From Enoplolaimus lenunculus (taxonomy: Eukaryota): 64,000 nucleotides of DNA. Shown here piece after piece: positions 12,498-23,567 of this stretch; within the stretch, counting starts at the first letter, position 1; every line of letters begins with the position of its first letter. The stretch spans positions 124,001-188,000 of the forward strand of contig JASANG010003765.1 in the NCBI GenBank assembly GCA_030248215.1. Direction: 5' to 3'. The notes beneath the pieces were generated by a model that saw only the letters and a program-made list of their open reading frames with translations, ran no database searches and was not told where the DNA came from. The position numbers were made by a program, and so were the translations under genes.

Positions 12498-13239
12498 ATA
12501 GTGAAAAAGCACGCGAGAATTTTAGTACTAAATATGTTGATACAAAATTTTGGTTTGGATCCATGTTGGAAGAATCGACTTTGTGATACATATGAATCCA
12601 CCTGATGCAACGATTAATCAGTATTTTATGGAAATCAAATTAAAATCTGTTCACACTCAGGGGTGCATACAAAAAGAGAATAGGGAAATATATCTCCCAA
12701 CCGAAAATTCTGAAAACACTACAAAAAGACACTAATACAAGCTGTAGACTAAAGCTGTAGAAGTCAAAAATCTCTCTCTCGCTACGTTCATTTGCAAAAA
12801 ACTTTTAGACATGGTTGTTATTTCCCGAATTGAAATCAATGCTACGCTTCTGTTCACGCGATACAGCTAAACAAGCCAGCATAAACATTATTCCTCGAAC
12901 ATCTTTAACGACGCTTAAACCTACACGCAGTTGACAAAAAGTTCATGAATATTTTAATATATGGCTCGTTTTGAAGACAAAAATTTTATCATATTGATTA
13001 CAAGCAATACCCAAACGAACGCTATTTATATTCGAAGCATTATAATATGATAACAAACATTAATTGCAAACTTGTTGTCCTCTATCAGCACGCGATTAGC
13101 GAAACAATTTCCGATAACTGTCCCATATCAGATAAAAAACTAACAAATTATGTAATATTATTTGCCTTCTTTTACTTTTAACTGCACAAAAATAGTAACG
13201 GAAGTTATGAACACAAGCCTGTTTTTGTGATGATTGCCT

Positions 13240-13660
13240 TAAAGGTAAATTAATGCCGATACGATTGTTAATGCCAGCAGCCAGGGTATAACTGGATATC
13301 CGTTTTCGTTTCCAATAAAAATCAACGGAGACTGAGTTGTTTTCATGGTCAAAACTAGTTTATAAGTCACGTATATATCTTGCAATTTTTCATTACAGAT
13401 ATGCAGATATGCAACAATTGTTAAAAATGAAATAACTGTGAAAAACAATCAAAATCTTGAAAATTTCGGTGCATCCGCCATATTTTCTTCAAAATTTTAA
13501 AAAGCCCGATGAATATTTGCACGTCTCAATTGTGCTGACAAAAAAATAAAACATCATAGAAAATTTCATACTTCAATATTCGTTTTCCGGTTCCGTTTCC
13601 GTTATTTCGATCACTATCCGTTTCCATTTCCCTTATTTTCACTATCCGTCTACACCCTGC
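13240..13660. repeat. Dispersed repeat family F (inverted copy at about 45122-45400)
   Basis: 13380-13658 is the reverse complement of the block starting cagggtggaaacg...aaacggata...gatattgaagtat at 45122. Confidence 0.65.
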
Positions 13661-13856
13661 CAACAGCACATAATACTGATAAAACAGACCCGGTCAGTCA
13701 TTATTTGATCCTTCTAAAAGTGTAATTTTATTAAATTACATATTAAACTGTTGAAAGCTTCGGATTCAGAATTCAACAATTCATAAACACACTCCGCATA
13801 GGACATAGGTAATGATTTATATTTCTAAATGCTAATCGTAAATTATCCAGCCAGAG

Positions 13857-13950
13857 TATAATAATAATTTTAAAATAATAATAATAATAGTAATAATAAT
13901 AATAATAATATAATAATAATAATATTAATAGTAATAATATAATAATAATA
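13857..13950. repeat. (AAT)n microsatellite
   Basis: Direct inspection. Confidence 0.95.
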
Positions 13951-14089
13951 CGTCTTCAAAAATGGTTAGGTTTTGAAATTTTTGCAAATCTGAGTTTCTC
14001 ATGATTTCTTTTGACCACTGCACACCAAATTTTTGAACTGTTATGCCAATCCACGTAGCTTTACAAGCTGAAGAGTTCTCATCCGCATC

Positions 14090-14456
14090 CCTAGTAAGAA
14101 TCCGTAAGCGGATAGAGTCCCTAAACCCTAATTAGAGTCCATATATGTCAGTTATCCCTTATCGTAGCGCATAAATCACTGCAGGACCAAAAAGTTGTGT
14201 TGGAATCTTTAAAGCATACTTAAGTTTTGAAAGTGCATTACTAAGTATAACATTGCATTATCGCTGAAGTTTTTGCCACGAGACAAATAAATGTTTAATT
14301 CAATGGATAGTTGCAGTACGGTATATATATCAGTAACGAAAGGTGGCGTAGCGTGGGCTAAAAATAAATAACAGTCCGTAACCGAATGGCAGGGGGAATA
14401 CCATCTGGAGAGGAAAAATAAATATCAGTTCCCCCCTCTTATTCGGGCCACTACAC
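14090..14456. mobile_element. Family A MITE, 5' truncated copy
   Basis: Shares the internal body (gcattatcgctgaag, atatcagtaacgaa, ctggagagg) and right TIR ctcttattcgggccactaca with the other copies. Confidence 0.8.
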
Positions 14457-15608
14457 TACATAATCCAACCACCTGTTCGCGAGCTATCCGCAAAAATAAA
14501 CCCCATATTTACGACTCTGGTTGGTAGCCAAAGCTTTATATAACGTAAACAAGCACACTGATTGAGTCGACATGTTGCATATTATTGTCATACCATCTGT
14601 GTGTTTCATTCCGGTGTATTTAGTCTCATTAAACTCGGCTCGTCAATCCGCGTCCATTGATAAAAAATTTCAAAAAGGGCCCGTGTGCCTATGAATGACA
14701 CCATTGAACTAAGAACTTCATTTGCTTTAAGATAGACCACTTTTTATCAAATCCCTAACGGCATCCAGATTTCGCACCTCCGACAGAAATGAGCACCTCA
14801 TTTTTTTAAGACAGACCACCTGTTATCAAACTCCTGGAGGGGTCCAGATTGTGTTCGTCCGCCATAGTGGCTTATGGGTATTCCAAAGTTTAAGCGTACC
14901 GTAAAACTAAGATCAAAATCTAAGCCTATTAACAAACTTAAACAAAAAATAGTCTGAAGTTAAAGGTTACTCTATTGTAGCCTGCAAATATGATATCGAA
15001 TATGGCTGAAATAATCAGTCATGCTACCAGGAATTAATAGAAAAGGCGAAAACATTTATAGACGGAGCAGAGACTTTTCCTAACACAGAAACAATTCTTC
15101 AGAAACAATTCTTCAGACGCTATAGAAAATTTTATAGCTGAGGGGAAGCAATGACGTGTGTAGTGACAACGCTGTCGCTAATCCATAATATTCTGGTCCC
15201 TTAATATGCTTTGAGTCCATTTTAGATGTTTTAGCATTGCTATTTTACGCTTGGATTTATAGCGAAATGCGATCGAACGAAACGACCCTTTTTGATTGTT
15301 GAAATGTGCTCGGAATTACTTTGTGGCAGTTTTTGGCTCACAGTACCATGGGTAGCAGCTATAAAGACTTAAGAGACACTTTAGAGCAATTTTTGGCTTA
15401 GGCTTATGTTTAGGCTTAGGAATAAGCTCATTCTTGGCTATGGCGGCTTACACTTAGGAATATGCTTATACTACTGGTACGGCGCTGTTCTGTAAGGCCG
15501 ACAGAGGCAAGCGTTTTCGAAACCCAACCTTGGGCCTAAGTCAGAGCGTAAATGTGGGAGAAGGGAAGAGGAAAAGAGTCCAAAAAAATGACAACCATAC
15601 TAATTATT

Positions 15609-15948
15609 GGCAGGGTTTCTGAAATCTTACTTAAGTATTTACTTAAGCTATGCTTAAGTAATTACTTCACTTATCGAACAAAACAGGTAATCGCCAACTA
15701 TGACCCATTGTCGCTACAAAACAGTAACAGTTTTGCTTTATATTAAGGAGGCACCACGAGTCTACAATTTCAGGTAAACCAATGTTAGTATACATGAACG
15801 GTTAATTTGTAATCTGTCAGATTTAGTCAGCGACTGAATTATTTACTTGACTTACGTACGCTTTTAAAAACGACAAAATAGCAAAGTAATTACTTAGCCC
15901 GAACTTAAATACCAAATGATACTTAAGTAGGGTTTCAGAAACCCAACC
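15609..15948. mobile_element. Palindromic MITE, family E copy 2
   Basis: Same termini as 8753..9089. Confidence 0.75.
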
Positions 15949-16689
15949 AGAGACAATTTAAAATAGGATCAGGGTCAGAGTTATGCGACTGCTGCGTTGA
16001 CGTTATACAATATCCGGTTTGAAATCAACAGTCACAATTTGTTGAAAAAAATAAAACAAATAGAAAATTTGAAATACCAGAAGAAGTCACCACTGAAAAC
16101 ACAGCGATGCCTCGTCTGATTAAAAATTCACTACAAAAACAGTATTAACATCGTAATGTAAAAATCAACCACATTTACCCGAATCTAGGATTTACCAAGT
16201 ATACTTTTGACGCATTGATTTTGTAAAGCGTTGCCCAAATTGCGTAGCAAAATTTTCGTGTGAACGGTTCTATATGGTACTGTTTAAAACTTAGAATTTG
16301 TAGTTAGACTTCGACATCGCACAGCTTTTAGACATTTGTTAACTAGAACAGCTGGTTTAATTGTATACTATAGCATCTATTGCAGTAAATTTATCATTTT
16401 GTGCGTTAAAATTAGAAGACTAAAATAAATCGTGTTAACGCAATATATTCAGTTGACATGTGACGAATTATTTACGTCAACAGTACAGTTTCAATTTTAA
16501 AATAGACACCCAAGATTTGTGATCAGCTGTCTTAGTTTGTTTCCAAAAAGATATTAAATGATTTAATTACGAAATCATTGATTTCATTCCATCTGTACAG
16601 CTCAGAAACAAAGCTAATGATGTTTGTGATGCTCGTAAACCAATATATTTAAAACAATGAATAATTCAGCCAACTAAATACTACATGTA

Positions 16690-16935
16690 AGCATGTGAGG
16701 AATGCATGTCCGTATGTATATGCAAATGCATTACACTATATAGTACGCTTGCAGATAGCATACTGTCGGCACATAAAAGTCGACGAAAAAAGTTATTGGA
16801 GAAGCGTGCTGCGTGGCTCAGCGGTAGAGCGTTCGCTTAAGGACCCGCAGGCTTGAAGTTCGATCCCCGTTCTATTGACCTCCTTTTACAGCTGTTTAGT
16901 TAAAAGGTCTGAAGTCCCGGCTTCCACATAGACTT
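16690..16935 (+). mobile_element. Dispersed repeat containing a tRNA-derived segment (A box tggctcagcgg, B box gttcgatcc)
   Basis: tRNA-like head from 16806 does not fold into a full cloverleaf. Both upstream and downstream flanks align by eye to 51912..52165. Confidence 0.7.
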
Positions 16936-17450
16936 GCGGACGTACGGAATATGGACACCCAGGAATTTAATTAAAAACAGTTTATTTTATAGATTTCGAC
17001 TCGCTGAGTTTAGTGGTACCATTTTTAAGGATGCAGGGTCCCCGGTTCAACAGTTATAGCCCTTCAAACTTCAACTTTTAATTATATAAGATGTACAAAC
17101 GCCAACCAAACTTGTTAATAATTTCGAGAACCATAACTTTTGAACCGTTGGTCATGCAACCATAAAAGTGGTACCATTTAACTCAGCTCGTGAGCCGCCC
17201 TGACACTAAACAGTGAAAATGTTTCACCAGAAACAAAATTTCAAATTTTTTATAATTATAAATTTCGTCGTTTATAAATAAATATGTAAACAGGTTTATG
17301 AGCAACTGACATTATTATTTGTCGCAAATATTTACTTAAAAAGTTGTTTGGTAGTAATGGGTTCATGCTCTGAGTTCAATGAAAACTTAATTCATGGATG
17401 AGAGTCAAGCATTATTTCAACTGCACAAAAAAACCTAATTTATCAACACA

Positions 17451-17630
17451 GGCCAAAGTATAGAACAGGCGTGACACGCTAGTATAAGCATATTCCGAAG
17501 CCTAACCCTAAGCGTAACAACGAGCTTATACCAGAGTCTATGCCTAACCAAAAAATTGGTCTAAAGCTTAATGTTACTCTATTCCAGTCCCACAGAAAAA
17601 CGTTCCGCCCGTGATCGTTAATACATGGGC
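17451..17630. mobile_element. Family B MITE copy
   Basis: ggccaaagtatagaacaggcg ... aaaaacgttccgccc...tacatgggc with gcctaa motifs. Confidence 0.75.
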
Positions 17631-18533
17631 AAAAACACGGAAGTAAATTTTAACGTTAGAGAAAGTTTACTTCCTTGCTTGCCGCCAGCATTGCTTACTG
17701 TTTGATTAAAGCAAACGAAACCTTTCATGGCGCTCGACACACAAGGAACACACCACACTGCGAGCTCACAATTAACCACAAAGTACTAGTTCCTGTTCAC
17801 AACTCGGTTATACAAAGAAACAAATAAGCAATTTCAACATCAAACGCAACAAACAAGAGAGTTTTATACACTGATGACAGGTTTCAAATATTAATACAAA
17901 ATCTAAACATTGCTCAAGTCTGTGATGAGGTAAATTACACCATCGCGTTGGCTTCACCAAAGCATCGCATGTGAACACGTGTTTTATCGAAAAAAATTCG
18001 TTTTGACTTAATTTTCAAAAAGTGAAATTTAAACAAACTACTCACATTTTCCAATGAACGTTTCGCAACTTTTTAATTTCGCAGTATTGTTGTATGATAG
18101 TTGGACTGCTTTTTTAGCAAGCACCAATTAATCGACAATATTTATTTATTACCCCCCCGCCCCACTCCCTACTTACTATATATGCTGGTCAGAAATCTCA
18201 ATATGGATTGACAAATTTTGCAAAGTTGACTATTCTCAGTTAAGCGTACACCTTAGCTGGATGAACAAATATTTTTGAAAACACAAAATTGTAAATGAGT
18301 TTAACAAAAAGTTGCTATAGTTTTTATCGAGAAATCAAGGTTACTTCGGTTCGATATCGTAAACTTAAGTTTCAGTCAACTTTTAAGCGCGTAAAATCAT
18401 TAGATGAGCAAAAAACGGTAAGTTTCGCAAGCACAAAAATTCGTTGCTCAAACAGAAAGCGTTTTACAGCTGTTGTAATTTACGTTCAATCACCGCATGC
18501 CCATTTAGTTTTTTGGCTTTCGCTCAGATATTC

Positions 18534-18687
18534 GGGTCCATATATTAAGATCAGGGGCGGAATGCTTTTTCTGCGTTACTGCAATCGAGTAAGCTTGGGC
18601 TTTACACAATTTTTTTCTCTTACGACTATGATTAGGCTTAGGAATATGCTTATTTTACTGTTACGGCCGTGTTCTATACATTGGCTC
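18534..18687. mobile_element. Family B MITE copy
   Basis: gatcaggggcggaa...ttaggcttaggaatatgctt...gttctatacattggc. Confidence 0.7.
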
Positions 18688-19534
18688 TTGTTCGGCAGCC
18701 TACAGACATGATTTTAAATAAAAATTATTTACGTGCTTTGGTAATAGATAGGACGAGTATATTTGTTTTCAGTCTTACCTACATCTATGCGATCACACTA
18801 ATGTGTTGTTTGTCGCGTAAAATTGTATTTATACGCGTATCAAAACGCAAGCTAAACTGCGAACCTCGAAATAGTCAAAATAACAATTCTGTGAATTTTA
18901 GTGTTTTCACAAAAATTTCTCTTCTAATATCAAAATGCCGTTTTACAGAAATAAACACAACAAGAATGTTTTCGTCAGTTACTAACGAATGCTAGCTTGC
19001 GTACAAACTAAGCTTAATAAAGCAGCACAATGATGAACACAAAAATTAATGTACAATATTAACCAAACCTATTTTCGTTGCATGATAACAAATTTTAGCA
19101 GATAACTTATAGCTTGCGCGTGAACTTATAGGCCATTTTTTAAAATTATTCTTTGTTTCTAAGCATAGTTCACGAACAAACTATATTTGACGTTATTAAA
19201 CTCAATTCGGTAAAATTATATAGCGCCATTGTAGCACAAAGTTGCATTGCTGTGTAGTTTAGCGATTAGAGCAGCGGACCGGTAACCTGTACGTTTTGGG
19301 TTTGCGCCCCACCGCATCCGCAGCAAAAAATTTCGTAAAGGGCTCGTATATGGTACTGCTTAACTTAGCATTAATATTTGAATATATTTCATGTTTTGGC
19401 AACTAGTGGTGTATCTAAACGTCGATTAAAATATCGAAAAAAACTAACACAACATAATGAGTGAATTATTAAGAATGAAAATGTTTCTGCAAATATTGTC
19501 TCATATTTGTAGAATACAAAACAACGCATTTTAC

Positions 19535-19697
19535 CTGACTTTGATCAACCAGCAAGGCTGAAATTGGCAATATTGGTGTCGGTCGTTTTAGTTCATTGTT
19601 GGGTGCGACACTTGTAGTTATTTGCGATGCTAGTACTGCTGAAATCAACGACTCGCGTATGCTGTCTTTCTGTTGCTGTTGTGGTTGTTGTTGTTGC

Positions 19698-19773
<76 letters not shown>

Positions 19774-19787
19774 GCTGCTGCTGCTGC

Positions 19788-19831
<44 letters not shown>

Positions 19832-20326
19832 TTGATGTTGTTGTTGCTGTTGCTGTTGATGGTGATGTTCTTGCTGCTGCTGCTGCTGTTGTTGCTGCTG
19901 TTCTTGTTGGTCTTGTGGCCCAGCGGAATATATGTCACTTGATACGACAGAACATTCGTTCATTCCAGCCTCTTGAACAATTTCGTTAAATTTACGTAAC
20001 AGAGAATTACTCACGCTCGACAACGATCCATTACAGGCGTCGCTTGCGGTCGTGCTATGAACTAAATTATTGTTTGCCAATGACGGCACGTTCTGCAAAT
20101 CATTTGTCTGTCCGTGGGTCGAAACGTACGCCGAAATTGTTTGCAAATCATTTGTCTGTCCGTGGGTCGAACCATACGCCGAAATTGTTTGCAAATCATT
20201 TGTCTGTCCGTGGGTCGAACCATACGCCGAAATTGTTAGTTTTCCGGTTGCTGGCGGAGTCGGTGTAATATCTGGTCGTGGAATTGAATTTGGAGTTTCG
20301 CCGACAACTGATGTATTATGAATCAT
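19535..20326 (-). CDS. FoxP: FoxP probable first coding exon: 3x16-aa repeat and Q48 tract
   Basis: ORF 19469..20326 with ATG preceded by an in-frame stop. cag|gtaaa phase-0 donor is compatible with the 9436 acceptor. The link across the 10 kb intron is inferred. Confidence 0.7.
20094..20237. repeat. 48-bp tandem repeat x3 inside FoxP coding exon
   Basis: Units start at 20094, 20142 and 20190. Each encodes TISAYGSTHGQTNDLQ on the minus strand. Confidence 0.95.
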
Positions 20327-22785
20327 AGTGGTGTTAATTTCATTTTCGACTAATATTTCTATTTCATGTCAAAGCGTGGGTTAAAAATTCCTGATGTAAT
20401 CTTGTACTATTGTCTATTTTCAGCTCGATATTTTAACACAGCGTAAGCGTGTACGTAGAACTACATTGTGGTGATAGTAAATTAAGCGTTGTACAATCAA
20501 CAGTAATACTCGATCGGTTTACATTTCTTTTAACTAATAATACCGTTGTTGAGTTTAACGAAAAGTTCACCTGTTCTGATATTTATTAAACTAATAACGT
20601 CTGAAAAATGCACTTAACCAAACTTTCCAACCAGCAAACGGTACTTTTCATTTCAAACATGTGTTATGCGATAATCGAGGTTAAAATATATACTTTCAAA
20701 GTTGGTTGATATAAGAATTGTCTTTAATGAACAAACATCGAACTACTGTAAGTAATTCTGGTTTTACATATTAGACTAACAAGCAGCCAGCTCATGTAGC
20801 TAGTGGAGCTAGAAAAATTTTCAGGAGAGGCATACAAAGGTTTTCGTTGGCTGACAAATAAAATTGTAAAATTTCAAGGGGGGTCCAAAGTTTTTCCAGG
20901 GGAGCTGAGCCTTCTGGGTCCCTCTTGGATACGGGCCCGATATTTGCATAGGCGTCTGCCTACGCGGAAGTGGTACAAGTGAGTCTTTTAAATGAACCTC
21001 ATTAAATCTGTAAACAATATAGTTGACCACACGAGTTTTTTAAATAAAATTTGCATTAGCCCTAGGAGCACCTTCAATTGAAAAATTACAAACATTACAG
21101 TTGTTATGAACGCACAATTTGGTCAACATAATCTAACCAAAAATGCACGAATCAAACAGCTGATATGCAACCCAGCGCAGGTTCTTTTTGATCCAAAACC
21201 AGCCGGAAAAACAACAAATAAGCACGCGTGGCCAACTAAATACCGACTGATTGGTGATTTTATACTAAATAAATACGCTGTTTGCATCATATTACACAAT
21301 TTTTATGGTCGGAACAAAAATATGTGCGTCCACAAACCACATTTCATGTTGCATGCTTAAAAATGGCGTTTTGTAAACAAACTACACCAGGAAAAATAAT
21401 GTCTTTCTTTCCTTGTCTCTTGCACCGCCGCATTTTACGGCTTGCACAAAAAAATGTTTTATTATTATCATCTGTACACAGTGTTGTGTTCGCATATTTA
21501 TTTACTATAAAAGAAAACCAGCTGTGAACGAACAAAGCTAAACAAAAAGCGCGGCCCGACCGACGCTAGTTTTTTTGTGCTTAAAAATGTATACAAAACA
21601 CCAAAACTGCTCGTTTGTCTATCAGCTGATGAAGCTATTTGCTACGCACCGCTTTGATATTGCAAACAAGTTGCATTTAAAAAACATTTTTACGCGTCAG
21701 GGTAAGTAGATTTATCGTTTGAGTTTTTGCTTTGAACAACCCCCACCAAAAGACAATCAAACGCTATTAAAAAATAATACGTAACATTTTTTGTTTCTGA
21801 ATATTGATTATATTTCCCGCTGACTGTGTAGATTAATTTACTTTTTATTATTAAACAAACCTGCTCTGGTTATGGCAACTATTGCACTGTCAGTCGTCGC
21901 CTTTACATACAATTAGAAAAGGTTAAAATATGAAAATATCCTGTTCCGAAAACACAACTACATATTTACAATATTGCTTGCGCTATTTTTAAATGCACTG
22001 CCCAAGTTTCTGTGACATCTAAAACGATTAATGCAATAGCGTATAGCTGGCAAACTGCTTAAAAATTAATTTGACTTAACAAATTTTAAAACAACCGTGT
22101 TTGAAATGCGGATTTTTAGCTTTCGATATCAGTGTGTGTGAACATTTTTTAATTGTTCGGCACAATTTAAATCTCGCGCCTGGACAGATGCGTGGTGTCA
22201 TTAAAGTATACCGCGACGCAACAAAAATACTTTTTGCAAATTCAACCAAAATATGAGTGTGAGTAAAAACTGTCAACCCGTCAATTCGACTCTCACAGAC
22301 AAGTGCGTTGAGGTAAAACTCCCTAACAACAAAAACACTCAGATAAACAAACGCTAGTTTTTTTGTTGTTGAGTGTCGTCGAGTTGCTGTTTGTGATGAA
22401 AAATGTAAGCAGAGATTTACGCGAGCGAAGCGTGTCTTTTTATGGTTTATTGTTATTGCAGATGTTTCTTTATATGCGATATATTGCAATATACTATTTT
22501 TAGAATTTCAATTGAAATGTAAATTTTAGTTGTCAAAATTTCAAATATTTCGTCAATGGTCGCCATACTTGATAAATAGCATAGCTGTTTCCAACAACAA
22601 CAAACGGGTTTTTCGACGAGGGTCAGCAGAGCATACACAAGGGGAATAAGAAGGATATGACCTTTCCAGAAAATACCACAGACACAAGGAAAACACACTT
22701 ATGACAAAACTGTGAATTTATTTGTTGGTATAATTGCTTCCATGTGTGTAGCGCAGATTTTGGTTCGACATGGCGTTCACATTAA

Positions 22786-23096
22786 TGCCTCGTTCACAAT
22801 AAAAAATTTCAGTTGGCCACCGAAAACATTATAAGGTACGGTTAACACGTGTCTATTTTCAAAATTGTCATGCGTTAACCTTACCATAACGCAAAACTTG
22901 CGTTAACCCTATTCGAACGCGTGTTACAAGATGATTTGTGACACCTATTAGGATAGGGCTGCGACATGTGCTAGGGTAGGGTTAACGCATCCGTTACCGT
23001 TGGGTTAACTCATGACCATTTTGAAAATTGACACATGTTAACGCTATCTTATACTGTGTTCGGTGGCAAAATGAAATTGTTATTGTGAACAATACA
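22786..23096. mobile_element. Foldback MITE with TAA target duplication (PIF/Harbinger-like)
   Basis: About 310-bp imperfect palindrome (gttcacaata / tattgtgaac, gccaccgaa / ttcggtggc) flanked by taa on both sides. Confidence 0.75.
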
Positions 23097-23115
23097 TAAT
23101 TACGTGACGTAAAGA

Positions 23116-23131
23116 TTGTTGTTGCTGTTAG

Positions 23132-23186
<55 letters not shown>

Positions 23187-23187
23187 G
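23116..23187. repeat. (GTT/CAA)n microsatellite
   Basis: Direct inspection. Confidence 0.95.
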
Positions 23188-23371
23188 GTACCTAAGGTAA
23201 ATAATTATTAGAATGTTACCTCTACCAATATTTCGAAGAATTCAAGCACACAACATTTCTGTGAATGTAGACTAAAAGTTTAGTATATTTGGCTCATTTT
23301 TGTTATACGTGGTCAAGTTTTTTGTTTTGCACACAAAAGGCACCATTTAAAATCAAAATTTTTTCATTTAA

Positions 23372-23567
23372 CCCTGAACTCCAGTGACTGGAGTGGGAGG
23401 CGTATACCATCACCACTCAGCTATAGGAGCTTGACGCTCGAGCCCGAGGGGGCTCTCACGTCTTGTGGTGATTTATTACTATGTATACGTGTTACAATTG
23501 TTAAACACTGTGCGATATAAATTATTTAACGTATATACACTGCGCTGAGTTGCCTATGGGCAACTCA
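23372..23567 (-). other. Hairpin plus degenerate tRNA-like segment
   Basis: 9-bp stem tgagttgcc-tatg-ggcaactca (23546-23567). Minus-strand gctcctatagctgagtggt...gagttcagg starts at 23430. Confidence 0.5.

Noticed and set aside
16806..16880. Functional tRNA gene (also about 19246, 23430, 41369 and 52036)
   Set aside because: A and B boxes are present, but acceptor and anticodon stems do not pair. Treated as tRNA-derived repeats.
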